From the human T2T-CHM13v2.0 reference genome, Homo sapiens, in NCBI RefSeq assembly GCF_009914755.1, contig NC_060932.1: 64,000 nt of DNA; one strand, given 5' to 3'. This document shows, in pieces, positions 46,189 through 60,557 of this stretch (position 1 is the stretch's first letter; every line of letters starts with the position of its first letter). The notes beneath the pieces are model-generated. The model ran no database searches. It had not been told where the DNA came from and saw only the letters and a list, made by a program, of their open reading frames with translations. Made by a program: the position numbers and the translations under genes.

Positions 46189-46405
46189 TTTTATTATTAT
46201 TTATTTTTTTAGAGACAGCATCTTGCTCTGTTGCCCAGGCTGGAGTGTGGTGGCACCATCACAGCTCACTGCCCCCTTGAACTCCTGGGCTCAGGCAATC
46301 CTCTTGCCTCAGCCTCCCCAGTGGCTGAGACAACCATCATACACCACAATGCCTAGATAATTTTTTATAGAGAAGGGGTCTCATTATTTTGCTCAGGCTG
46401 TTCTT
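46189..46405 (-). mobile_element. 5'-truncated AluJ
   Basis: agagacagcatcttgctctgttgcccagg...aactcctgggctcaggcaatcctc. Confidence 0.85.
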
Positions 46406-46742
46406 ACTGTACTTTTAAACCCATATTCTTACAGATTAAAAAAATCATTTGTTTGCTTATGTAAACACAAGTGAGAATTTGGTCATTTGCATGCACTAGA
46501 CCTCAATATAGCCTTAAAATCATAAAGTATAGAAAATGGTTGGCATGTTTTCAAGTGGCATGTAACATCTTGTGGCTATATTCCAGGATGCATATAGCCA
46601 TGTAAAGAAATGTCAGTAGAAGACGCTAAAGCCAACTCATGAAAGGACTTAAGAAATTGTGACTTTATCCAGTGGGCAATGTCAAACTTAGTGTTTTACG
46701 CAGGGAATAGACAGATGATCTGGTCTTTCAAAGGATAACTGG

Positions 46743-47249
46743 TATGGTGGACAGACTTTAAGTTGAACCCCATGATACCTGTTTTTTTAGCAATTATGCC
46801 TTAAGCCAATCTCCTTCCCTTGAGTATAGGCAGGATCTATGGCTTTCTCCTCATCACTCCCTGTATTATGTTACCTTCTATAAAACTTCATCTTCCTCGC
46901 AGATTCACCAGAGAGACACCCCTTGCTGGCTTGATGAAGTAAGCAGCTGTATTGTAGACCACATGGTAAGGAACTGTGGATGGAATTGAGCAAAGAATTG
47001 AAGCTTTCAGTTCCACAACACAAGAAACTGATTGCTTCCAATATAACCATGTGACCTTGGAAGAGGACCCTGAACCTCAGGTGAGAACTCAGCCCTGGTT
47101 AACACATTAATTGTAGTCTGTGGACCCTGAGAAGAGGGTCTAAACCATGCCCAGACTCTCAACCCACAGAAACCATGAGAAAGTAACTGTATTGTATAAA
47201 GTCTCTAAATTTGTGGTAATCTATTACTCATCAATAAAAATCTAATATA
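46743..47249 (+). mobile_element. MaLR solo LTR (MLT1E/F-like)
   Basis: Start tatggtggacagactttaag. End ...cccacagaaaccatgaga...ctaaatttgtggtaat...aataaaaatctaatata. Confidence 0.8.
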
Positions 47250-47931
47250 ATTAGTTATAATATTGAAGATAAATTAGATGAGAGAAAGCTGGAAACAGGA
47301 AGTCCAGCTAGGAAAAAAGAGGTAACACAATGAGATTATATATATAACTGCTAAAATATGAACATGAGAGTCAGAAAGAGTAGGTTTTAAGCTTTTTATC
47401 AAGTTCTGTAGTTAATCACCTAGTCACATTATAAAATGGAATGATAATATCTTCTTAAATGGTTTGTATAAAGGGTATGTGAAGTGAAATATTTACACAG
47501 GGTTCAACACAATGCCTACCGTGTATTATTATTCTTATGCTACTATGTTAATCTTTTTGAGGACCAATGAGAGCTGGGCTAGGACAAAGGAAGTGAGAAC
47601 GAAAATAGTGGTAAATTTGAGCAATATTTTTAGGTGGTAAGTCATAAGGACTGCTCTGATATGGATAAAAAGAGAGGGAGGAAGGAGTGAAAGATAATAC
47701 AATTTCTAGCTTGGATGATTGAATAAGAATGATTCCATAACTGAAATAAAGAGTGCAGAAAGAAAGGCTGATTTGGCTGAGGAGATAATGAGTTCTGTCT
47801 TAGCAGTGTAAAGTCAATGTGCTTGTGGGAGGACATCCATATGGAGAGGTCCAGTGTACTCAGAAGAGATTTGAGTATACGGATAGATTTTGAGATGGTT
47901 GAGAATTATGTTACCAACAAACTACATCAGT

Positions 47932-47934
<3 letters not shown>

Positions 47935-47974
<40 letters not shown>
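47935..47974. repeat. (CA)20 microsatellite
   Basis: Counted directly; uninterrupted. Confidence 0.95.
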
Positions 47975-47977
<3 letters not shown>

Positions 47978-48176
47978 CTAATAGTCTCTTTTGAAAAAAC
48001 ATGAGAAATATTTCCTCTTAATAATAAATACATTATGAGTTTAATAAATGGAGCCCAGGATGAAAAATTAGAGAATAGGTAAAGGATCCTTTCTTCTTTC
48101 CCTAAAGGATCAATGACTAAGAAATGCCCAAATACAAAAGGGATATTTAAGTTGATTAAGCTTGATAAGTCTGTTG

Positions 48177-48395
48177 CAAGGGCCAGCAAACTATGGCTCC
48201 ACAGCCATATCCAGATTATTGTTTTTGTAAATAAAGTTTTGTTGGAACACAGCCACATCAATTCATTTATGTATTTTCTATTGTTGCTTTCACAATACAA
48301 TAGCAGAGTTCAGTAATTGTAACTCAAACCATGTGGCCTCAAAGCCCTAAATATTTACTGTGGAGCACTTTACAGAAAAAGTTTGCCCACCCCTG
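48177..48395 (+). mobile_element. MER58A-like hAT-Charlie MITE, complete
   Basis: TIRs caagggccagcaaact / agtttgcccacccctg. 8-bp TSD gtctgttg / gtctattg. Confidence 0.88.
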
Positions 48396-51300
48396 GTCTA
48401 TTGTATAAAAAAACGATAGTCTTCTAACTTGAAAATTGTGCATCAATAAATAAGGTAATAAAGGAATGTTGCTTGAAATGCCACAACACTCATCTAAGAA
48501 TTACAAATCTTTGTTTCTCGTACATTTCTTTTATTTATTAATTGTAACATTTCTGAGCATGCATTTTCTAAACTGCTAAAAAGGAATAACACCTCCTCTG
48601 CTTACTTCATAAGGTTGTGAGCAATAAACTCTTTAAAAAATGTAGATAGCATTGAACAAATATAAGTTAATATTCTAGAAGCTTTTAAATTGTTAAGCCA
48701 AGAAATCAATGCATTCAGTCCTAATCATACAAGAAAGAAGTAAATATATATTTCTTTATATTACTCACTAGAGCACTTTTCTTTCATCTTAAAAAAAAAT
48801 TGGGTTAAATAGAACTCATACTGGCATCATCCTTTCCAGAAAAGAAAAATATAGAAAATTAAGGCATTTGCCTAAATTAACCAGCTAATTAATGGTAAAC
48901 TCTACGATCAATCTAAGTCTCTTGATTTTTAATTTTCTTTCTACCAGGCCATATATCTGCAATGCTGACTAACTGGATAGATCAGTCATATTTGATATAC
49001 ATATGTGGGCATCTGATAGATATAATTTTAGTATAGAGAGCTTGGAGGTTAAGATAAAGTAAATAGAATTTGTTTCAAGAGAAATTGCCTCTTCAAATGC
49101 ACTTTATTCTTTCATATTTTGAATTTTTAATACATTTTCATTTTGGAATAGTTTTAGGTTAACAGAGAAGTTACAATGATAGTACAGACAGTTCGCATAT
49201 ATGCTGCACATTCAGTTTGCTCTCTTCATTTTTAAACTAAGAAATAAATAACTATCATCATATATCATCTGAAAGGTCAGAAAAGTGAGAATAATATGTA
49301 GATGTGTAATATAGAGTTATCATTTTTATCATTTGACTCATGATTAAGGCAAGATGTTGTTACTTGTCCAAGGTCAAATAAAAAAATCAATGACACACGA
49401 AATTAGAAACAGAAGAAGATGTATTAAATGGGGGATTATGAGGATGAATGAATTAATGTCTTTGAAATCACTTCAAAATGTGTGGGCTTCTTAAAATATG
49501 TGGACTCCTGCCTAAAGACAAATCATTACTAATATTTAACTTGCTAATCTACTTTCCAAAACAACATGTTCTTTCATTAGCTCGTTGTTTATTTGCAACA
49601 TGGCCTGGCTTGGTTCCTGGTATATTTGGATGCTGAGTGAAGACATGCAAGTTTTTCCTGATTTAAAAAGATAGCAACGTAAATGACAGTGTTTTTGTAA
49701 TGTAAACTTTAGAAAAAGAAATCATGTACTTATATCTTAAACAAAAAAGGAAAGTGTTTCTTATTTTAATCAACTTATCAACTTACCGGTAGTTTTTAAT
49801 TTTTTTATTTATTTATATTTGTTTTATTTTACTTTATTTTTTTGCTGTTGGGTATTTGGTTGCCACTTAAACAAGTGATCAGATATTCATTCCTGAGAAA
49901 CATGGCTCTCCAGGAAAATCATTCAAATACAAAACATCTTAACTAAAATATCATTTTTTCTGTTTTTAAAGTTTTTCCCAAACTGTGAAGTATAATTACA
50001 GATACATAAATATCTATTTCAGATAGTAAAACTTTCATCTTGATTACTAACTAGTAAACGAGATTTTGTGTATTGAGTGCTTAGCTACTAATAGTGTAAT
50101 AAAACTTTTCCTGTTATACTCTTAATTTCTGTCAAGATTATTCTCCTGCTTCTACAAATTTTTCTGCATTTAAGCAACATCAGATAAATGGATTATGGTT
50201 GAAGAAGTTTTCCTCTAGTTAAATAGAGGACAAGCATACGAAGTTCTCTGAAGCCATGTATCAACTATAATGCAGGCCAGATTTCCTCCCAACTTTATCA
50301 GTCTCCAGTCAGAGACAATGGTGTGCTACTACTGTGGACCATACACAGGACTTAGACTCGGAACATTGTGATAATCATAAATCTGCCCCTGGGTTTGTGT
50401 TCAACCTTGAGTATTTTTATAGACATCATATCTTTACTGATAAGATAGTTGTATTAAACTTACTTTCACAATATTTGGGAGTCTTTGGAATGAGATATTA
50501 CACGACAGAATTTTTCATAGATGTAAATGGCCATATTATGGTATTATTACATTTTAATATTTTGTTAAACTTTAAACTTAAATGCAGAGCTTGTGTAGGA
50601 AATTGTTTAAAGAAAAATTTTATTTATTCCTCATTCAACATCCAGAATAAGATAAATTTTGCCAAATTCTACCAAAAGAAATGAAGATACCAATCAACCT
50701 GTACACTAAATATTGAATCAAAATCTATATAAATAAAATGTAAAGTAAGTTTCCAAAACTAGCTTTATCAGTTCCCTTACTATCCAGAATCAGATGCCTT
50801 ATATAACCTATATACACACAAATCACTTTAGTAAACGTTAATATTAGTTTCATACTTTGTATAAAATTTAAAACCTCATCTGGGGCTTGTTCTGGGAGTG
50901 TATCCATCATTTGTACCCTTGTGCCAGGAAAAGAATGTTTAGATTCCAAATAACTGAAACAGCAGCAAACTTTTGAAATACAACCTACTTAAAATTTGGC
51001 TATTGTTAACCTAGGCTTTCTATGCAGTTGGCAATGCTGAAGACTAAATAATGATTTTTTAAACAAGTATGAAATAGAGAATTGGTGTTAGGGTATATGA
51101 AGTAAAAAGTACAAAGAGGTTAAGAAGAAATAAAAGCTGTCCAAATAAACTAACATTCCTAAAAGTGGACATCTGCTCAGATGAATGGCTACAAATAACA
51201 TGCATTTTATGTGAATAAAGACTAAAATATGGAAAAAAAAACAAAATAAGAAATATACACATACGTGTGTTTAGAATCAGAAATTCAAGAAGGAACAAAT

Positions 51301-51849
51301 TTGTTTTGAAGCATAAGCAAAGCAGTAAAGAAAAAAGTTCAAAAAAATTGGAGGAGTAACATTTTAAAAAACATTTCTTTTTAAAGGAATATTTCTCCCC
51401 ATCCTGTAACTTAAATGTATGCCTACCGTGGAATTTATTAAGGTCAATTGAATTAACTGTAAATTTTAATAAGCTTAAAAGCAAGCACAGCTAATTTGAA
51501 AATGGGTAGGGGGGAATTCCCATGGCAATAACTTTGCTTTCTAAATTTGTCCACAGGGTAATTTTCTTTCATCCTTCCCATTAAAGATTTGGGTACGAAT
51601 AAACCAGTCTCAAAGAAACACCTTAATAAAACAAAATTAACTCAATGGTAGATTTTTGCAATGTCAGGTTTTCATAGATCCATTTATTAAAATATATCAT
51701 AAATATAAACTAAATTTTTTAAATGTACATGTAAACGCTTTTTTTTTCAACCTATGTAACGGCCTGGCATGTATTCGGTTACTCTGAGAGAAAATGTTAG
51801 TTCTCTATGATAGATTCCTTCTAGAATCACGTTTCCCTAGACACTAGTG

Positions 51850-52370
51850 AGGAAAAAATTGGGCTTTGGAATGAAACAGATCACTACAAAAAAATCATAG
51901 TGCTACCTCTTACAAACTTGATGATCTTGGGCAAGTTATTTAGCATCTCTAAGCCTCAGGCTTCTTCTAATGAAAAATGGAAGAGATAATAATATCAGGA
52001 TTTTAGTAAGGATTAAATGAGATGACTTTACATAAAAGAACCTAGCAGGTCCTTATAATGTTAGCGTTTTATAAAATGGAATTATTTCCCACTGTAATTG
52101 ATTTTATAAACTAAGTTGACAGGCTGGAGAGACAGCAGATTATACTCAAAACAATTAGTTAAAATAAAATCTAAATTCGGAATGCTTCCTATATTCAAGG
52201 GATTGTGCCAGGTGTCTGATTTATATGACTAATTTCTTTTAATCCTCATAACTAACTCATAACAATGAGTTAGGTGCTACAGTTGCAAACATTTTGCTGA
52301 TGAGAAAAATGAAGTTGAGAAAAGTGAATTGGCCAAATATCAAATGGTCAGGCACTCTGTAGCCCTCACT
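51850..52370. mobile_element. Two MIRs in opposite orientation (+ about 51850-52070; - about 52170-52370)
   Basis: tgatcttgggcaagttatttagcatctctaagcctcag, then ttgtgccagg...tttaatcctcataac...tgagaaaaatgaag. Confidence 0.65.
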
Positions 52371-53459
52371 TGGACTATTCCAAAGGTTTCATTAAGTACC
52401 TTCGAAAACAGTCACAAAAATGAAAATTGGCATAATGAAGTAAAGTACAGGAATTTCAAATGTGGCAGTAAGCAGTAGCAGTAGTAACAACAAAATGTCC
52501 TTAAAAAAAAAAATGCACCCTGCATAGCTCCTGGAAAAGATGCCCTGAGAGTATGATTACTTATCACCTCCCAACTTCAAGCCTCTATGGTTGCTTGTGC
52601 CATTTCTATAAAAATCTGTGATTTTTAAAGAGAAATTTCATCTGCTAGGTATCTTGAAAACAATCTCATTACAATAAAAGACTTCAGACCCACACTAACT
52701 TGGATGATCATATTTTTTGGCTTGATTTGTGGTTCCACAGGAATTCCCACATTCTATATATTGGACAATATATTGAATAAGGCAAAAAGGATATAACTTC
52801 TTCAATCTCATTTCAACCTGCAGGGCATTTTGTATCCATAGTAAAGAGCAGGGGCTTAAACCACATTTCAAATCTCTACCAATTTTCCTGATTTTGTAGC
52901 ATATTATAAGTTACATAGATTTGTGACCCACAATTAGATTTATAATTAATCAAATTAAGTGCTTGTGATAATTTTCAATAGCTTTATAAAATAATTATAA
53001 AATGGCCATTTGAATCTTATTCTATCATAAGATGTACTGATAATCACTAAACAGCAAGAAGTTTTTGGCCTTAATATTTTCTAATTTAAAGAGGGAATGA
53101 TTTAAGTCTTAATGAAAAGCCTTTTTTCTACCGAACATTTTTTTCTTTTTATCAGTCAAAATATTTACTTCCAAAGATTGAGATGGTGACTTCACGCTTC
53201 CAACATTTTAATTATAGTTATTTTTTATTTCACAACATGAATGAATAGCTCTCTTAATTTATCTATCAAATATTGAGCCAATAAGTTCATTAAGAGCCCT
53301 TAAATTAGTTACCTATTCTTCATTTGGCACTTTCTCTTGTAATCATCTTTTATGCATGTTAATTTTAAGTTATAAAATATTGTCAAAACCTTGGTCAGAA
53401 TATACTATCAATAGAATACAAGAATTCTATTTTCTGTGAGCTCTCAAAATATGATTCTA

Positions 53460-53558
53460 TTTCTATCTGTCTATCTGTCTATCTATCTATATCATCTATC
53501 TTTCTCCATATATCTATGTGTCTATCATATTTCTATCTATCTATCTATCTATCTATCT
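53460..53558. repeat. Interrupted (TCTA/TCTG)n tetranucleotide repeat, ~230 bp downstream of the Sushi exon
   Basis: Seen directly. Confidence 0.85.
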
Positions 53559-53754
53559 AATTTGTTTCTTATCCCTATCTGAAAACAAATTTATAAGCAT
53601 GGTTTCTTGAATGGAGCAGTAGAGAAGTTAATTCAGTTACACCAGATTGCCAAATAGAAAAAAAGTTGAAATAACTAATGTGAAATAAATGCAGAAATTC
53701 AACAGATTATAAAGAACGAAGGGTGTAACCATGCAACTCCATGGACAGTGACTA

Positions 53755-53985
<231 letters not shown>

Positions 53986-55553
53986 TTAGAGAGAAAAATT
54001 TCCCCGCGGGGGAGGAAAGGACAAAGAAAATGATAGTGGTTACTTTTAAAGGTATATTCCTATTGTTTTTAGAACCTAGTCATATATTTAGAAGGGACTA
54101 TATGAATAGCTATCAGAACGTACAAATGGCACACATACGTTTCTTTTTCTGTGAAATAGCTAATAACTTGATAAATATTTGTATTTGTGGTATTCAATAT
54201 AGATGAGAAAATATCACCTTCTGAATAATAAATTAAAAAATAGCTATTTATCTTATTGTTTTTTCTGCATTAGAAACATTTTTATTTCATATATTTTCGA
54301 CTTACGGCATAAGAACTGCATATTTTCAAACACAAAATAACATTTGAAATGAAATCATTTGCACTTTTGAAATGTTTTGCTTAATATTTTACATTTAAAT
54401 GATAAAGGCCCTTCTGCTTCTTGTATACAAGTTCAATTAATGCATATTCTGAAAAACACATGACTTGAGATGCAAGGGTTTATGTGAGACTGAAGTGACC
54501 ACACATTGAAAACTATTGTATTATGGATTTTTACAGGAAGTTTTCCCCAGGCAATAAATGAACATTATGAAAATGAACAAGTAAACAGTCTTCAGGGTAT
54601 GAAAAGTAGAGTTGATTAAACATTATAATTTATATACAGTCCTAAGAAGAAGTAGCTTATCTAAAAATATTCCCAGAGCAGTTACTGTGTAATTACAACA
54701 AAGAACAAGAGGCATTGCTTCATGTTGATTAGCTAATATTTTATGCTTTAAAAAAATTACTTGGACTTTTTTTAACATTCTAGGTTATGTTCATTTACTA
54801 TTCATGATAAAATACTTTAATGATTTTAGCATCCAAACATTTCCACCCAAATACTAAAATAGTTGTTTAAGAACAAGGTTAGTGCTTGTATCATTTTAAT
54901 GTTAGCAAGTTGGCATAAGATTTACTTATTAATTTGTGTCTGTATTAAGAAATAGCTAGTTGTGTTCATTCAAATGGAAAGTACAACTCTAAGTGGTGGG
55001 AATACATTTTATTTTCTTTGGTCTCATACAATTTTTTCCCCCTGTAATCTAAGTAATACTATTGTCTATAAGTGAGGTTATACTAGAAGAAAGGAGTAAC
55101 TATGTTAATTTGATTATAGATTATAGATTATCTAATTCCAGAATAATAAATTACTATTTATTAATTATATATATATAATTAAAATATATAATTTATTATT
55201 AATTAATTAAGATCATTAATTCTGGCCTGTTGACTATGCCTTCTATGTGTTTTCCTAGACACATAAAACAAGGAAATCACCGGATTAATTCTCATTTCAT
55301 TTTTGAGTTTAACTGAAACTTTAAAATATATATTTTAATTTTTATTTTGTGTTTACTAGGCATTTTAGCTAGTTTTGACCTTTGTTAGAATTTTTCAGGA
55401 TTGTAAATTAAAGAAATGTAATTATTGTACTTCCGGTAGATTTATAGCAAATTAATTTTTGCTTTTTCCTTTATTTATTACTAGAGATAATCTTCAGTGT
55501 ATTCCAAGCTTTCCTTAAAACTTGACACATACTACTTTGCTTTCTTCTTTTTA

Positions 55554-55952
<399 letters not shown>

Positions 55953-56389
55953 CTAACTATTAGCCAGGACTTTACTTATAATTAAATTTTCTGAAAATGA
56001 GAGGCATTGCTATAAAATATTCCAAATATATGTTATATTATTCTTTTTGTGTGTGTTTTTCCTTCAGGTTCATTATAAGAGATATAATGAGTCATGTCTT
56101 GGAAACTGCTTGAAAATACAATTTAAAAATCAGTGCCTGAAAAAAAATTACCTGGTTTTCTGAAAATTTCAAGAGAAATACATATCTTTTGTTTATAATA
56201 GAGGTGCAATTTCCTGGCAAATACTGCGCATGCCTCCATTTTCTTCTCCAATCCCTTCGACCAACATAAAAGCAATGCTTAATATTATAGCACTTAACTT
56301 CCAAATATGCTTGTTTATTTTAGAAGAGAAATATAAAACAGGCATAGGGAATGCTATCTGTTAGATGAATGTAATTATTCTCCATTTAT

Positions 56390-57125
56390 TTATTTGTCAC
56401 ACATTTCAACCTGTGCATATAATATGCAAAAAATGTATATATAAGTGTTCAGGTCAATAGTTTTCACAAATCGGACACCTTTGTAAATAGTATCCAAATC
56501 AATAGCCACAATAATACCAACACCCAGCGCCTTCTTTATAAAACTTTTCTGTCATTTCAGTTTTCCAGAAGTAACCACTCACTTAACTTCTAATAGCACA
56601 AACTAATGTTGCTGCTTTGTATATATATTTTGTAGTTTATAGATTGGAATCATATATACTCTTTTGGATCTGACTTCTTTTACTCAGCATTAGGTATGTG
56701 AAATTTCTCAATATCATTGTGCATAGTTGGGGGTGGTTCATTTTTGGTGATGTATAGTATGGCATTCCACCTTGTGAATATACCACATCTATTTACCTGT
56801 TCAACTGTTGATGGTCACTTAAGTCGTTTGCGTTTTACCACAAATGTAAATGGTACAGCCATGAACATTTATCTTTTGTGAACATATGTGCTTTTTTCTG
56901 TTGGGTATGTATCTAGGAATGGAATTACTGAATGATGGGAGTAATAATATGTGTTCTGCTTTAACAAATACTGTTTTACAAAGTGGCCATGCTGATTTAC
57001 ATCTCCATAGACAACATGGTTGCTCCGTATCTTCTCCAATACTTGAAAATCTGGGGCTTTTTAATTTGTTCCATTCCAGTGAGTATATAGTGGACTCCTT
57101 GTGGTATCATGTTAGTATTTAATTA
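56390..57125 (-). mobile_element. L1MC/L1ME 3' fragment
   Basis: ggaatcata...tgacttcttttactcagcat...gtatagtat...tgttgatggtcactt...tatctaggaatggaattactg. Confidence 0.7.
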
Positions 57126-58528
57126 CACTGTCAAGAACACATGTAAAAGACTAATGACTTCACACAAACACACACACTCAAATACACACAACACACTGTG
57201 TGTAAGGAGCCATCTGAAATAAAAAATGGCTACCACAGGGATCCTTCCCTTGAGGTGCTTTATTTTTTTGTACCTCACCTAAAAAATTACCAAAGTATTT
57301 GCTAAGAAAATTCCAAAATATCAGAGTATGACAAGTAACATTTTTTATTCATTTACATTTTAGTTCCAAATGTTGGAAATTCTTAAGAGTCTCCATTGTT
57401 TTAAAAAAAAGGGGACAGAAAATGAGACCAAAACAAATGATTGAAAACACAAACATTAACACAACAAGGTTATCACTGCATAATGAATCAGAGATTTCAT
57501 ATTTGAGAAATATTTGAAATATATAAGGTACTATTTTCAAATTATTTTTCAAAATGCAAGTTTTGGTGTTTTTTTTTTCTCCTCTCTATAATTGGCAGCA
57601 ATACAAGAGCCCTTTTAGAGGGGGTCTAAAAATTAAGTCAGTTTTTCAAATCTTCTATAGTATAAAATCAGTATTGATACTAGACAGATGAAAGGAAAAT
57701 GGGATTTTGACATAGTAAAGAGAAGATGCTTTGCTGTCCAGATTAGCTCCTGCAAAATAATGTAAGGGTAGAAAGTTCAGATAAGTCAGTCTTATTTCTG
57801 CTATAAAGCTAAGAAAAAAATAGTTAGACAATAGGAGAGTAGATCGAATAAAAGAGAAATAAATCATCATGTATACTATATTATTTTTATTTTTTAAGAA
57901 AAATGTGCTTGTTCTGAAATACATAGAATGAATTATTTTAGAATTTCATTAATTAATTATCGGTGCCAACAAAGCCACTGTTAAGTATTATTTACCTTTC
58001 TGAGCCCTACTTTCTCCATATTTAAAATGGGGTTCTAATAGAGTTGTTTTGCAATTTAAATAAGGTAACAGGTAAATGACTTCGCACAGTGACTGGCACA
58101 GAAAGTGTTATTGCTATTGATCAATTTCCCAAAATGAGAGCTAATGTTTTTCCTGTTATTTAGCCCTGGCCAGCCGCTTTATAAAAAGAAGCTGCTGTTC
58201 ATCAAGTCATGGATTAAATGGTAATATTTGCTTTCTTTCACTACCGCAAAACAACTTAAGACCTTCAAAGTTGTGCCAAAGGTCAATTAATCCAAATAAG
58301 AAAATGATCCTGAGAAACTACTATATTCTAGTCATTATAGAATATAAATATTTAGAAGACTGTAAGTAACTCATGGCCTATTTGAGGAAAAAGGTACATG
58401 AACCAAAATTTTAATCATTCTGCCAAACTGGTTAATACAACTCAATATAGGAGCATAGAAATAGAGGTAACTAATTTGTCAAAGGGGTCCGTAGAGGGGT
58501 ATAAAAATGACCTTCAAATGTAATGACA

Positions 58529-58832
58529 ATCCAGGTCTGGTGGCTCACACCTGTAATCCCAGCACTTTGGGAGGCCTAGACGGGTGGATTGCTTGAATCC
58601 AGAAGTTTGAGATCAGCTTGGGAAACATGGTGGAATCCCAACTCTACAAAAAAATACAAAACTTAGCTGAGTGTGGTGGCATACACCTGTAGTCCCACCT
58701 ACTCAGGAGGCTGAGGTGGGAGGGTCACCTGAGCCCAGGAAGACTGAGGATGCAGTGAGCCAGGATCAGCCTGGGTGACAGGGTGAGAACCCATCTCAGG
58801 AAAAACATAAAAAACAAACAAACAAACAAAAA
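58529..58832 (+). mobile_element. AluJb-like with a ~15-bp deletion near the 3' end and a (CAAA)n tail
   Basis: ggtggctcacacctgtaatccc...ggattgcttgaatccagaag...ggaggctgaggtgggagg. Degenerate TSD aaatgtaatgac / aaagcaatgac. Confidence 0.88.
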
Positions 58833-59799
58833 ACCCCAAAGCAATGACCTCCTAAATCAAAAAGGCAATGACTTTCAAAAGTGAGAAGTTTGTGATGGTG
58901 AGGACCTAGTATAGACATTTTGGAAAGAAGGGGATTAGACAGGAAAAGACAACCAATTCTAATAAGGCAGGGAGAAAAAGTCAGTGGTTTCAATATCGTA
59001 ATTACTTCTAGTAAGAATGCTAATTCAAGATGCCCAATAAAGGTAATTTATGTTTATATATATATATATCTGTATGACTTGTACTTAAAGTCAAAATAGC
59101 GTTAATATCTAGGTTTTAGTTATAGTCATGCCACCAGCTATTACCTAAAGGGTGCCATTTGACTTTTTTTTTCTAATATGTAAAGTAATAGGTGTGGACT
59201 ATGCTTTATTTAAGGACAGTCCAACTTCTAAAAGTCTAAGGGTTTTTCCTGATGTACATTTTTTTCTCTAGGTTTCCCGTAACTATTTATAATTAGCATC
59301 CTGACTTCTACAACGTGTTTAAGGAAAATCTCTCATGGTGTCCTTGTAAATAAGGAGCAATGTAGGCTGAATGACACTGTCGTTAACTGAGTTTGAAACT
59401 ACTGAACAATTGTATGTGTTCAAACACCTTGACTTAATGTTTAATGGTGAAGAGATTACAGATGGTACATATACATTTTATTATTTCTTAAATATTTAGA
59501 TATTTAGATTTATCCTTGTTAAGATTCTTATAAACCCTTAAAATACTAATGATCATAGTTATATAAGAACATCTGACTACACAATGTAAATGTAAATGAA
59601 ATGTAAATCACTTCAAAATGATCTCATAGGAACTCTGAATCAAAATCAATATGATAAAGCATAACAGGGATACATATAAAAGCTTGCACTGAAGATAGAA
59701 AAAAGCAATTGCATAATTATAGAATTTTAAGAATTGAATTTATCTGTATTTTAAGTCCCAGTAATCTAAAAAGATGATTTAGATTACTACAAACTTCTT

Positions 59800-60375
59800 A
59801 TCAATTAGTATTATAACATGGCAGCAAAAAAGTTAATTAACACAAATACTGTCTTCTTCAATGAAAATAATTTTAGTGTTACACTGTGCCATGATGTGTT
59901 CAGTTTTAGAAAACCACATTTTAAAGAGATAAGCTGGAATGCATCCAGAGGAAGTTGATTAGAGTGGTGATGAACATGAAAATATTATCTTATGATGAAT
60001 TAAAGAAACTAGGAGTGTTTAGTCTGGGAAGAAAAGACTTGGAATCATGATCTAGGGATAGAGGACATGAAAAACATGGTAGTCTCAGAATGGTGAGTTG
60101 ATGTGTTTGAGGAGCTTTTGGTTGGAGCAAGGATTAGGCTGCCTTTTTTGGTATAGCTCCAGAGAGCAGAACAGGGATAACGGCTGCAGAATAATTTTTA
60201 AACAATCAAATATGGAAAAAATGAGGAATTTGTCCCAAGGAGTACAGTCCTTATCAACAGAAATACCCATAACAGGCCAGTTCATCATGTTTCTGAAACA
60301 CCATACGGAGAAGCTAGTTTTCTGAGTAAGAGGTTAGACTATATTACCTTGAATATTTCTCCCAACTTTGAAATT
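59800..60375 (+). mobile_element. L3/CR1 3' fragment
   Basis: gtgttcagtttt...cacattttaa...catccagagg...taaagaaactaggagtgtttagtctgggaagaaaagact is typical CR1/L3 ORF2 end. Confidence 0.7.
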
Positions 60376-60466
60376 TTCCTTCATGTAAATTTGCTACACT
60401 TTGGAAGAGTTGTACTTCAGACAAACTTAGTTGGCTCTTAAAAGAAAGGCATCTACGTCCGCATCT

Positions 60467-60557
60467 CTTGCCATGTAAATACAGATTTAATTAACATTTG
60501 CAACCTGTGAAGATGCAAAACTTTAAGTGTTAATTAAACCTCTATTTACATAGCAAG
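60467..60557 (+). ncRNA. MIR2053: MIR2053 precursor hairpin; mature miR-2053 GTGTTAATTAAACCTCTATTTAC at 60527-60549
   Basis: 33-bp inverted arms CTTGCCATGTAAATACAGATTTAATTAACATTT / AAGTGTTAATTAAACCTCTATTTACATAGCAAG seen directly. Sequence matches hsa-mir-2053 as recalled, which is known to lie in a CSMD3 intron. Confidence 0.88.

Larger units (their letters stand above)
45636..47910 (-). mobile_element. Fragmented L2 interrupted by AluJ, MLT1 and other inserts
   Basis: 3' end ttcatttctttatcaactcaacaaatttactt; purine-rich body resumes at about 46600 and 47560. Confidence 0.55.

Noticed and set aside
52252-52273. 9-bp hairpin ctaactcat/atgagttag
   Set aside because: Short, AT-rich and inside a MIR; compatible with chance or a trivial local duplication.
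53224-53229. Minus-strand AATAAA ~560 nt after the Sushi exon as an intronic polyA site
   Set aside because: AATAAA is very frequent in DNA this AT-rich and nothing else singles this one out.
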